This document shows positions 9,694-19,070 of a stretch of DNA of 64,000 nt, one piece after another. Position 1 is the stretch's first letter. The number at the start of each line of letters is the position of its first letter. Source of the DNA: Sulfolobales archaeon HS-7 (GTDB taxonomy: Archaea > Thermoproteota > Thermoprotei_A > Sulfolobales > Sulfolobaceae); assembly GCA_019704295.1 (NCBI GenBank), contig AP024596.1, forward strand, positions 1,184,001-1,248,000. The letters are read 5' to 3'. The notes under the pieces were generated by a model. The model had not been told where the DNA came from. It saw only the letters and a list, made by a program, of their open reading frames with translations, and ran no database searches. A program made the position numbers and the translations under genes.

Positions 9694-10641
9694 TCAGCCC
9701 GTTATGAACTGGTGTGTCTTTACCTTTCCGTTCTCTAATATTACCAACAGTGCGTGTAAAATACCTGCATTATATTCACTTCCAGGATTGAAAATCAGCG
9801 TTTCACCTATCCTATCGAATCCCCGCGACTCATGAATGTGCCCGTGAATTCCCAAGAGTGGTTTAAATTCTTCAATAACCTTTCTCACGCTCTTAGACCC
9901 CACGTGATCCGTTTCAATCTCCCCTCCCCTTACAACTGGCCTCAAATCTGAGGTTAGTTTAAATGCATTGTCGAGGTTAGTTCCGTAAGGGGGAGCATGA
10001 ACGTTGACCACAGTCCGAGAAGGATCCGATACCTTATCCATCATGCGTTTTATCTCGGAATGGATCTTTTCCTCAGGTGCCTCTCTGTAGGTATTCCATG
10101 GCGTGGGGTTAACTACGCCATAAGAGATCATCTCATAGTTTCCCGGAAGGGGTATTACCTCCCCCTCAGATCTCTTCATAACTTCCGGCGGGATTGCCTC
10201 AGCCGCGTATTCCGGATCGTCATTGCCCAGATTGTAGTAGATAGGTACATTTATTCCTTTGCTCCTAACTACGTCGCTCCAGCTCCTCAGCTTATCCGTA
10301 ATTGCCTGTTTAAACGCCTCTTCCTGAGCCCTTTTATTCTCGCTTAATTCCTCTAATTCCGTATGTGTTACTACCTTATAGTAAACTCCCTTCTCTGATA
10401 ACTCCTTCGTTAAGACCTGAAGGCGATCTGAGGTGTACTCCTTACCATCAAACTCGTAGACCCCGTTTCCCTTATCAATTATCGTCGCCAGTGCCTTCCC
10501 CGCCAAATCCCCTCCAATGATCAGGACATCAGCTTCGTACATCTTAGATGCATTTAGGAACTTCCTAAAGGTCACGTCGGAGCCGTGAAGATCTGAGGTA
10601 AAGAAAAGCCTTACGGATTTACCGCCTTTCTTACCGAACAT
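9694..10641 (-). CDS. Calcineurin-like metallophosphoesterase (Icc-related)
   Basis: SDLHG, GGD, GNDD, HAPP, GHIHE and NPGS motifs. Confidence 0.9.
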   Translation of the reverse strand: MFGKKGGKSVRLFFTSDLHGSDVTFRKFLNASKMYEADVLIIGGDLAGKALATIIDKGNGVYEFDGKEYTSDRLQVLTKELSEKGVYYKVVTHTELEELSENKRAQEEAFKQAITDKLRSWSDVVRSKGINVPIYYNLGNDDPEYAAEAIPPEVMKRSEGEVIPLPGNYEMISYGVVNPTPWNTYREAPEEKIHSEIKRMMDKVSDPSRTVVNVHAPPYGTNLDNAFKLTSDLRPVVRGGEIETDHVGSKSVRKVIEEFKPLLGIHGHIHESRGFDRIGETLIFNPGSEYNAGILHALLVILENGKVKTHQFITG

Positions 10642-10744
10642 TAGATCACAGGATAATTTAGAGTTCCCACTTAATTAGCTTAATCCGCCATAGTTGAGTT
10701 AAGGAGGAATAATCTTTTTAATTAGATTTTATAAGTTTATAGTT

Positions 10745-11098
10745 ATGAATGAAAATAATCAGGATGTATTGGAGGGCAAAACGGTTGAACTTACAGACGA
10801 TACCTTTGAGAACTTCATAAAGACCCATAAGATAGTAGTAGTGGACTTCTGGGCACCGTGGTGTGCGCCATGCCATATGATCTCCCCTGTACTTGAGGAG
10901 GTAGTGTCAAAATATCCTGGAGTGATCCTAGCTAAGGTCAACGCAGACGACAATCCCAAGGCAAGTTCAACATATTACGTAATGAGTTTACCCACAATCA
11001 TAATCTTTAAGAAAGGAGAACCCGTGGAAAACATAGTGGGCGCGGTTCCGGAGGAAGTAATAGAGGAGAAGCTAAGATGGGTAACCAAAACGCTCTGA
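10745..11098 (+). CDS. trxA: Thioredoxin
   Basis: VVDFWAPWCAPC active site and cis-Pro SLPT loop. Confidence 0.93.
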   Translation: MNENNQDVLEGKTVELTDDTFENFIKTHKIVVVDFWAPWCAPCHMISPVLEEVVSKYPGVILAKVNADDNPKASSTYYVMSLPTIIIFKKGEPVENIVGAVPEEVIEEKLRWVTKTL

Positions 11099-11676
11099 TG
11101 ATAGGAATAGATGCATTAGACTACGGATACTTCTTAAAGTGCAGACTAAAGGTTCTGTCCACTCTCTTCAATACTGCGTACAGAGGTGTAGTGGAGAACG
11201 AACTGTATATGGATACCGTCGCCTCCTGGAAAAGAGTTCTTAACGTTGGAGATGAAAATCCCTTGATACGCGATCCCAGGATAGAGTTCGCTAACATTCC
11301 GCTCGAGGAAAAAAAGACTATTGGGAAAATCTCAATACCATATGACAAGTCAATTCCCCTTGAAAAAGAACTTGAAATGGTGACGGAATTCGTTTCCAGC
11401 GAAATTGAGGAAAAGGCCCTGGTTGTGGATATAACCGCTATTGGAAGGGGAGCATATGATAGCATTTGCAACGCCTATGAAAAGATCGACTCCTCCTTAA
11501 CGAAGCTGCTAAAGAAGGCAGATAACTTCTTAATCATGTCCCCCTACGGGATCAATCCTAAAGGAACTAGAAATAAGTTCGGCGTGTTCATCTCAACTTT
11601 CCCCCGACCAAAAGAGCACGAAACGGTCAAGATCGAGGAAGTCGGAAAGTTTTTCTTAACCTTAATTCAACCCTAA
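11077..11676 (+). CDS. Hypothetical protein, minimal alkaline-phosphatase/phosphodiesterase-like fold
   Basis: LMIGIDALD start, YEKID, IMSPYG (where active family members have SDHG). Overlaps the trxA 3' end. Confidence 0.6.
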   Translation: MGNQNALMIGIDALDYGYFLKCRLKVLSTLFNTAYRGVVENELYMDTVASWKRVLNVGDENPLIRDPRIEFANIPLEEKKTIGKISIPYDKSIPLEKELEMVTEFVSSEIEEKALVVDITAIGRGAYDSICNAYEKIDSSLTKLLKKADNFLIMSPYGINPKGTRNKFGVFISTFPRPKEHETVKIEEVGKFFLTLIQP

Positions 11677-11779
11677 TTGAAACTTAAGGAACGAAGCGTT
11701 TTAGATCATTCCTATCTAAATCTAAGGCTGAGAAGAGGTCACAGACAAAACGTCTCCCCTTTTAACCAGTATTATGTTG

Positions 11780-12512
11780 GTTCCCCTAATCAGTTGAACC
11801 GATTCATTATTTATGACGACCCCCCAGGGGAGTAAAGTGCAACAGTGCCTTGATCTAATACCCTGTACGTGTTCTCCAGTTTCTCTAATCCTTTGGGCAT
11901 CACGAATATCTCGCTAAGTCCTATAACCTCCGTCTTTGCGTCAAAGCCCTTCATTAATAAATATTTAAATTCCAATTCATTAAGAGAAAAGTTTACGTTG
12001 TAATCTGGTTTGATTACATTGGCTTCTCCGGTAAAGTAATCGTATACTATAACGTCGTTACTCACTCTGAGTTCTCTAGGGGAGAAGTTTACCTCTATTC
12101 CTTTACCCTCTTATCACGAGATACCAACCCGTAGCCCTGTTAAATGCCTTTAACGGAACGTTATTGTTATAAGGATCTGCAAATACGTCCCCGAAGGGCG
12201 TTAGAATTTCATCGGAATTGGTACTGTACTGTCGGAAAGGGCTATCCTTTTGATTATTTCCTCCTTTTCCATCCCAGGTATATCCGTAATATACACTATT
12301 CCACCAGATAGCGCCCTCAATATAGCCTGGAACGTAGCGTTATCATCTACTGTCATGAACATGTCGAAGTCTGGTATACCGAAATACCTGAGGTATAGCA
12401 AATTGTAAGTATTAAAAACTGCGTGAAGTTTAGCCATATCCTTTACGTCTTGTTGATAATCCTCCGAAGTCCTGAGTATTTTTGCGGGTTGGAAGGAACT
12501 TAACGATTCCAT
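11780..12512 (-). pseudogene. Sip1/raffinose-synthase-like alpha-galactosidase (GH36), C-terminal remnant
   Basis: RTSEDY, PDFDMF, RALSGGIVYITDIPG; then DVFADPY..LKAFN in another frame; then VYDYFTG in a third. The N-terminal half is missing. Confidence 0.8.
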
Positions 12513-12873
12513 AATTATGGCTCCTATGAAAAATTCAGATCAGTGCTCCATCCAGTTTCACCAGATTTTTATAGGTTAAGGAGAAAAGTATGTTTAGACC
12601 TTTTGAACTAAGAGTACATATATAAAAAGATAGAAGGGTTAAACCTACTAGTAATTTTACAAATTCATGTTTATTAATGAATGTCTCTGTCACTTTTATC
12701 CCGAATTTCTACCTTTATGGAAGATTAAACTAGATCCATCTCTAGAGTCGGTCAAAGAGTGATTTCCTAAATGTTCTCCATATGACATAGTTCAGACTTT
12801 ATTATCTGATAACTCATGATATAGCAAATACACGAAAAGTTTTTTTAAGCCGTATGCGAAAACTCTCTAAGCA

Positions 12874-14622
12874 ATGCGAGTGAGAATTAAGAATATAGGC
12901 GGGTTAAGCAGTCTAGACGTGAAAATAGATAAAGGACTTACTCTGTATAAGGCCCCCAACTCTTACGGGAAAACATCATTAGTTAGGGCTTTGATATCGC
13001 TTTTGACGAGCGAGGTTAAGGCGGAGGATCTCCTAAACGTTTCGGAAGACGAGGGATTAATAGAACTGCACCTGGACGACGACACGTACTTCAGGAAAAT
13101 AGCCAGGCGAGGAAGAAGGATAATGGAGGAGAAGAAGCTATTAATGGACGACAGAAGGGCACTCTACCTATCATTTTTCTCTCCTGAGAATAAGATAGTT
13201 AATCAGATAACGACAGGGAATGAGGACATAGAGTGGTTCCTATCGGAGACCTCTCAAATAAACGCCCTTGCTGCGAAAAGGAATGAACTCGAACAATACC
13301 TTTCCTCCCTGGAGAAGAAACAGGGTGAGTTGATGAGGAAATACAAGGAGTCCTCTCAGGCCATAGATAAAATAAAGGAAATAGAATTGGAAATGGAGAA
13401 AATACAGAATGATATAAAGATGTCCCAGGTAGCGAACAACACTAACGTTGCTCTTCTAGTGACTAAAACGAATAAGATAGAGGACTTGAAACAGAAGATA
13501 AATGCAAGAAAGGAGGAACTTGAAAACACTAGGAAAGTATTTGAGAGGTATAAGGCGAAGGAAAACGAGATAACGCAAAAGATAGACTACAAGTACAAGG
13601 AAACCCTTAAACAGAAATTGAGCGATCTAGTCCAGAGAATAGAGAGTAAGAGTCAACTCATACGGGAAGTTGAGGCTAATGTTTCTTTCCTTAAGAAGAT
13701 ATTAGAGGGTGTGCAGGACGCGCAGAGGAAGCACCTCGAGACGTGTTACTTGTGCGGTACCAACGTTAACCCCGAACACTGGAACGCTAGAATAACCGAA
13801 ATAAGCTCAGAGATAACAAAGGCTAACAGTTCGATTTCGGCAATAAGGATGGAGCTAGACCAGTTACAGAGGGAAAAAGAGGACGCGGAACAGCAGATGT
13901 CCGCAATAGAGAAGGTAGAAAATGAGTTAGAAATCGTTAGAAGTAAGGCTAAGGAAATTGAGAAGAAAATGGAGTTAATACAATCGGACATAGATAACCT
14001 AGAAAGGCAACTCAGAGAAGCTGAGGGAGTCATGCGGAGTAGTATAATGTTCGCAACAACAAGGACTTCCGAACTTAATAGGAAACTGGAAGAACTTGCG
14101 AAGAAGAAGGCGGAAGTAGAGGATGAACTCCTAGAAAACGGTACGCCCGCATCCTTAATGGATGAAATACATGAACTCGACGAGGAGATAAGAAGCGTTA
14201 GGAAGAGAGTTGAGGAAATTACCAACGAGTACGTGAACAGAATAACCTCCGTGAGGGAGAACTTCAATAGGGAAATAGAGAGATTGACTGCGAGTATGGG
14301 TTTCGACTTCCACGCGGAAATTAATGAGAGGTTTAAAATAGTGGTTCGCAGGAAAAACGTTACTTTAGACCTGAGGAAACTCTCTTCATCTGAGAGGGTT
14401 ACAATAGCTCTTGTGGTGGTCGTAGCCGCGATGAAGTCCTACTTCAAGACGCCGTTCTTCATAGTTGACGAAATGTTCATGACTTATGATCAGAAGAGAT
14501 GGGATGCAATATTGAGCTATATCATCACACTAGCTCCCTACGTCATAGTAACGAGATCTGAGGAAAGACCGTCAATCACCTCGGTGAGCTCCGAACCTCA
14601 GGAAGAGATATATCAACAATAG
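12874..14622 (+). CDS. clsN: Archaea-specific SMC/Rad50-like ATPase, probable coalescin (ClsN)
   Basis: KNIGG, Walker A APNSYGKTS, long coiled coils around a central CYLC zinc hook, signature LSSSE and Walker B FIVDE. 582 aa, with a TATA box at ~12841. Confidence 0.75.
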   Translation: MRVRIKNIGGLSSLDVKIDKGLTLYKAPNSYGKTSLVRALISLLTSEVKAEDLLNVSEDEGLIELHLDDDTYFRKIARRGRRIMEEKKLLMDDRRALYLSFFSPENKIVNQITTGNEDIEWFLSETSQINALAAKRNELEQYLSSLEKKQGELMRKYKESSQAIDKIKEIELEMEKIQNDIKMSQVANNTNVALLVTKTNKIEDLKQKINARKEELENTRKVFERYKAKENEITQKIDYKYKETLKQKLSDLVQRIESKSQLIREVEANVSFLKKILEGVQDAQRKHLETCYLCGTNVNPEHWNARITEISSEITKANSSISAIRMELDQLQREKEDAEQQMSAIEKVENELEIVRSKAKEIEKKMELIQSDIDNLERQLREAEGVMRSSIMFATTRTSELNRKLEELAKKKAEVEDELLENGTPASLMDEIHELDEEIRSVRKRVEEITNEYVNRITSVRENFNREIERLTASMGFDFHAEINERFKIVVRRKNVTLDLRKLSSSERVTIALVVVVAAMKSYFKTPFFIVDEMFMTYDQKRWDAILSYIITLAPYVIVTRSEERPSITSVSSEPQEEIYQQ

Positions 14623-15091
14623 CAACTCAAAAATAACGCGTTAGTGAACGTTGGCTATTTACATTAGTAGTGACAACATTTGTGAAGCTTCTGAACCTCG
14701 ATTTGAGGAATGGAAACTTTAAAGGCACCACACTTTGCCTCCAACACAGTTATGGGAACAGTGAGGCCAAAACGCTATCTACGTTTAAATCGTAGCAAAT
14801 CGCTATCCTCATCCCTAGAGTTATGCGTTACCCCCACGTAGAAGAAACTAGTGCTAATCTCGGGATTAATGATAATCATGTTTGACAATTATTACCTTTG
14901 GCGCTTCCGCAGAATTCAGGAAACTTTTAAGTTATCCCAAATTACCTCATCAAGTTAGACCGCTGATCGCCCTCAGGGCCTCAAAAACATTAGAGCTGGG
15001 TAAAATCTTCAGTTCCCTCACTTTAATCCCTAAAACTCAGGGACTGTTGTTACTTTGTGAAGTAATATCGGTCATACATTTGATTCCGACA

Positions 15092-16288
15092 TTAACTGAG
15101 ATTTACTGCGTTCTCTCTCTGGCCGATCTCCATCATGGAATCGACCTTTACTGCCTCTGATCTCATGAGGAGAATCAAGAGAAATATAAGGGGGATAGTT
15201 ATAGCAAAAGTATTCCTTATCCCCATTAATTTAACTAAGTAACCCGTTATAAACTGCGTTGCTATTCCCAGAGTCATCATCACGGAGAAGAAAACGCTGT
15301 TTACCGCATTTCTCAATCTGGTATCTATAGTCCTAGTAATGGAAATAATAGAGAAGGGGTATGTGAGTCCATGAGGTATTCCCAGTATGAGTAGTGCAGC
15401 TAAGTACAGAGGTAAGGACTTAGTGAGGAAAATAAGGGATACCCCTATTAAGGTAATTGATGATGAGAAGATCACACCATTCCACAGTTTACTCACTGGC
15501 CTCAATGATATGAGAAACCTGGAGAGAAATGAGGTCAAGAAGAAAACTGAGAAAATGTACATAGTTGAGGAATAACTAGCCCCTAGAGCATCGACGGCAT
15601 AAATCCCTCCGAAAGTAGTAAAGAGCGAGAAGACGACCTCATACGAGGCAATATTATATATTGCCAATCTGAAACCTGGATTCCTAAAAACCTCTTTAAG
15701 GGGGGGAAATATCTCCTTTGTGTCCTCTTTTGGAAACTCAGTAAGTGTTGACATTACCGCTGTAACAAGAGCGAGGGGTATGAAAACAAGGTAGGCCTCC
15801 CTTAAGGTGACGAAGTTCAGAATATATCCCTCAATTATCGGGCCAACAACCAGACTTGCACTCAGGGCTACTGTATAGATAGCGAGCATTCTCTCCCTTT
15901 GCTTTCTATCATCGAGAAGTCCTGCTGAGGTAAGTATGTTAGGCATTATGAATCCCATTATGAATCCCGCAAGACCTGCTATAAGCCAAATCGTATAGGG
16001 ATTTGATAGCCAGAATCCTACGAAGAGGACTGCGTAGATGAAGCTTGAGGCAATGAACACCTTCCTCCTTGTCGAAACACTGAGCCTAGAATTTACGAAA
16101 CCCGAACTTATTAGCGTCGTTAGGGAAACCACTCCCGATATAATTCCTATTAATTCAGGAGAGAAGTTCAAGTCATACTGTGCCAGGAGTGGCGTTGTAG
16201 TTATTAACATATTGTTCGAGGCCCTCATTGCAAAAGTCAATGTAACGATGATTATAACTAATTGGGCAAAGGAGTACTTCTTGACCAT
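15092..16288 (-). CDS. MFS transporter
   Basis: 12 TM pattern in two halves, 398 aa. Confidence 0.85.
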   Translation of the reverse strand: MVKKYSFAQLVIIIVTLTFAMRASNNMLITTTPLLAQYDLNFSPELIGIISGVVSLTTLISSGFVNSRLSVSTRRKVFIASSFIYAVLFVGFWLSNPYTIWLIAGLAGFIMGFIMPNILTSAGLLDDRKQRERMLAIYTVALSASLVVGPIIEGYILNFVTLREAYLVFIPLALVTAVMSTLTEFPKEDTKEIFPPLKEVFRNPGFRLAIYNIASYEVVFSLFTTFGGIYAVDALGASYSSTMYIFSVFFLTSFLSRFLISLRPVSKLWNGVIFSSSITLIGVSLIFLTKSLPLYLAALLILGIPHGLTYPFSIISITRTIDTRLRNAVNSVFFSVMMTLGIATQFITGYLVKLMGIRNTFAITIPLIFLLILLMRSEAVKVDSMMEIGQRENAVNLS

Positions 16289-16334
16289 ACCACAGACTGA
16301 TAGAAGGTAAATAAAAGTTTTATCTTTATAAAGA

Positions 16335-17060
16335 TTATTTTGAATATATTTCGGATTGGACGATTTCAGTTAGTTCCTCATATGAGGAGTTAATCTGGGG
16401 TATTCTCAAACCATTGACGAGCAGGTATTGCGGGGAGTAACCCTGAATTAGCATTGGTGAAAAAAGGTAGCCGTTTACCATGTAAGTGCCGTTTGGTCCA
16501 GTAATAATAAGTACGGTGTTTATATGTGGGGGTTTACCCTCATAGGCGCTAGGGGAGAAGAACGAACCGGCAATCCACTTCTCAGTTGTGTACTCCTTAA
16601 CCAGCAGGTATATTGGGGAAGGAAGTGTCGTCTTTAACTCCACTAGCCCCTCAGTTAATAAGCTCGTTCTCACGGGAGTGTTGCTTGCCGTAGCGTTTAG
16701 GTACTCGTTGTACAGGTAAACGAAAACGAAGTGAACAGAGGAATTCGGCGTAAAGTTGTTGAAGATCAGGGAGGGAGTGTTAGGGGAGAAGGAGTCGTAA
16801 GGGTCGGAAAAACCTAAAGTGTAATTAACTTTTCCAAAGTGAATCATTGTAAAGTAAAGAGGCCAACTTAAGCTCGCCCCTACAGGACACCCTATCCACG
16901 ATATGAAGTAAACGTAAACGCCGGAAGGTGCTAGATCCGCGTTGTTTACCTTGAATAAGGTATTTGCAGGGACCTCAAAAGGGGACAGGATAGTGGGCAG
17001 TATGAGGATTAGGGCAAAGGCGATAGCGAGAATAAAAGGTATAACCCTGGAGAACTTCAG
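16335..17060 (-). CDS. DUF929-family membrane-anchored protein (probable CTG start)
   Basis: The frame is open 71 codons upstream of the tracked ATG (16847). That stretch holds a signal/TM segment and the FISWIGCPVGASLSWPLY motif. Confidence 0.75.
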   Translation of the reverse strand: MKFSRVIPFILAIAFALILILPTILSPFEVPANTLFKVNNADLAPSGVYVYFISWIGCPVGASLSWPLYFTMIHFGKVNYTLGFSDPYDSFSPNTPSLIFNNFTPNSSVHFVFVYLYNEYLNATASNTPVRTSLLTEGLVELKTTLPSPIYLLVKEYTTEKWIAGSFFSPSAYEGKPPHINTVLIITGPNGTYMVNGYLFSPMLIQGYSPQYLLVNGLRIPQINSSYEELTEIVQSEIYSK

Positions 17061-17761
17061 CTCTTCCTACCCCTCAAGGCGGAAATTATCTTGCGTGGAT
17101 CGTTTGTAGTTACGGAATCTGCATACGAAAACCTGTTTAATTCCTCCTCCGAATCCACCGTCCATACACCAAGTTTGATTCCTTCAGTATTGCACACCGT
17201 CTTATCCTCTTCCGTTGCCAAGCTTTTAGAGATGTGGAACCTATTTGCGCGAATTTCCTTTGCTATTCCTATCATCCACCTTGCCTTTCCTATGAAGATC
17301 ATTCCGGTCTCTACGTTACTTACCTCCCTTACCTTAGCTAGTGCATCGTAATCGAAGGACGTTATCTCAATATCCTTATATCCGAATTCGTCAATTAGAG
17401 AGAGGAGTTTCTCCTCAATCCCGGGATAGATCTTATGAGAGTGCTTGATCTCTATTACGTACCGGTAATCTCCAATCGATTCAAAGACCTCTCTTAACGT
17501 GGGGACTTTTTCCGTAATTTTCCCGTAGGTGATCACGGCTCGCTTTATCTCCGTAGCTGTAAAGTCTTTAACCCTCCCTCGAAAATTCGTCGTTCTATTT
17601 AGGGTGTCATCGTGAATTACGAAAATCTCTCCGTCTTTGCTCAAGTGTACATCTAGCTCCACCCCGTCCGCTCCGATTTCCCTTGCTAACTGGAACGACG
17701 TTAAGGTATTCTCCGGGGATTCTGCTGAGGCTCCTCTATGAGCGATAATTGTAGGCTTCAC
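17057..17761 (-). CDS. Glycerophosphodiester phosphodiesterase
   Basis: IAHRGAS..PENT, ELDVHLSKDG, HD, IEIK, VWTVD and TTNDP motifs. Confidence 0.93.
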   Translation of the reverse strand: MKPTIIAHRGASAESPENTLTSFQLAREIGADGVELDVHLSKDGEIFVIHDDTLNRTTNFRGRVKDFTATEIKRAVITYGKITEKVPTLREVFESIGDYRYVIEIKHSHKIYPGIEEKLLSLIDEFGYKDIEITSFDYDALAKVREVSNVETGMIFIGKARWMIGIAKEIRANRFHISKSLATEEDKTVCNTEGIKLGVWTVDSEEELNRFSYADSVTTNDPRKIISALRGRKS

Positions 17762-18216
17762 TTATTCATATCCTAGTTCACGAAAATATTTTTTTCCATT
17801 AAATCTTTTAGACGCTCCCTGAGAGTTTTTTTGACATTTTTACTCAACATTAAAGTCTCCATCGGTTTCCGTCGCATTCTTATCGGATCTTCCGTTATCT
17901 TAATGGACAAAAACTTTAATGAACTATTAACTTTTAACTACCGAAACCTAACTCTTTTTACATCAAATAAGTTTTAGGTCGACTAGGAGAGCTATGAATC
18001 AAATCTTACCAAGTAACTACTTCACATGATGCCTCGGTTTTGTAAAAATCGCTGTGTTTCATAACTTTTATAAAAATTATATAAATTTTTATATATTTAT
18101 TTTAAGGTACAGAATAAGATATGATTAAGAGGAATTCCGTAATTTGACTCATATTTTAAAAAAATCTCAAAATATAGAAATTACTATTAAACGTCGCACG
18201 CATTTGCGCCGTTAAT

Positions 18217-18370
18217 GCTTTCATTGCGGATTATAATTTATAAGAAAGTATGAAAAAATACAGTAAATTACTAAGTTTAAATCCCTATGCAGTGATTCCA
18301 CTAGTATTGAATTAAATTTGTTACAGTTACTAAAATAAACTGATTTTTTAAAGGATACGTGAATCACTCC
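18217..18370 (+). repeat. Dispersed ~160-bp repeat, copy A
   Basis: Core GTATTGAATTAAATTTGTTACAGTTACTAAAATAAACTGA, collinear with the copies at 32.5, 34.3 and 53.3 kb. Confidence 0.8.
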
Positions 18371-18407
18371 TACGGCTTTCTCGGTAGGAGATAAAACGTA
18401 AATGGAG

Positions 18408-19070
18408 TTAGAGAAGTCCATTATTATAAATTGCAAGTTTAGTAAGCTCATATATTACTTCGATGTTAGTTTCTACGGAGATTTGACAAAAATTAGCTTG
18501 AGTCGGAGAATATCCGTAAAGTAGAAATAGGGACCGGGCAACTAGTTTTGGAATATTATACCTCTTATTTTTCAATTCCTTTTCAATGTGGCTCTGAATA
18601 CCCAAATATATGTAACTCCATGACTGAGCTAAACCGTGCTTATCTAATATTGCACGTATTTGCTGCTCTACATTTTTTCTTTTTTTCCTGTACTGAAGCC
18701 ACTTAGCTGCCCTCTCTAAGTCTTTAGTCTTAATTGCCATTCTATATGCTGCAGATACGTCCTCGTTGGGAGTATTATATGATGCTATGTATATAATGTT
18801 ATTTAGGCCTTGTGTCGATTGTCGCACATCATCCTCTTCTATGCGTCCTCCCTTCAAGCTAAGTAACTTAAAGTGGAGGAATATTAGGATGAATTTGGCC
18901 TGGTCATCGTTAGTGGGCATTGGCTCGATTCTTAATGTCTGCCCGTCGAATACTATTCTACATTGGGAAAAAGGTTCTGCGAATTCGTATTTTTGATGAC
19001 CGCCATTCCTCATTATGGTCTCTACCTCGTTCCTGTATTTTTCTATGTATTTTTGTATCTTTTCCGTCAT
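18408..19070 (-). CDS. Hypothetical protein; C-terminal half resembles the rudivirus/lipothrixvirus-type capsid four-helix bundle
   Basis: 220 aa. Its ATG directly follows the upstream stop (TAAATG). Segment NVEQQIRAILDKHGLAQSWSYIYLGIQSHIEKEL. The CDS is solid; the fold call is tentative. Confidence 0.6.
   Translation of the reverse strand: MTEKIQKYIEKYRNEVETIMRNGGHQKYEFAEPFSQCRIVFDGQTLRIEPMPTNDDQAKFILIFLHFKLLSLKGGRIEEDDVRQSTQGLNNIIYIASYNTPNEDVSAAYRMAIKTKDLERAAKWLQYRKKRKNVEQQIRAILDKHGLAQSWSYIYLGIQSHIEKELKNKRYNIPKLVARSLFLLYGYSPTQANFCQISVETNIEVIYELTKLAIYNNGLL

Noticed and set aside
13746-14267. Antisense/shadow ORFs (e.g. 13746-14267, 42740-43225, 4193-4540, 9997-10347, 21506-21856)
   Set aside because: They lie opposite well-supported genes and show the Ser/Leu/Phe bias of reverse-complemented coding sequence.
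12874-14622. Rad50
   Set aside because: It is short, has variant Walker A and signature motifs, and lacks the herA-mre11-nurA context.
18030-18095. Possible extra diverged copy of the dispersed repeat (also ~63820-63880)
   Set aside because: The similarity is too weak to separate from AT-rich background by eye.
18221-18451. 76-aa ORF downstream of the nuclease operon as a third gene
   Set aside because: It mostly reads through repeat copy A, and the same frame contains stops or shifts in the other copies I translated (B, C, D).
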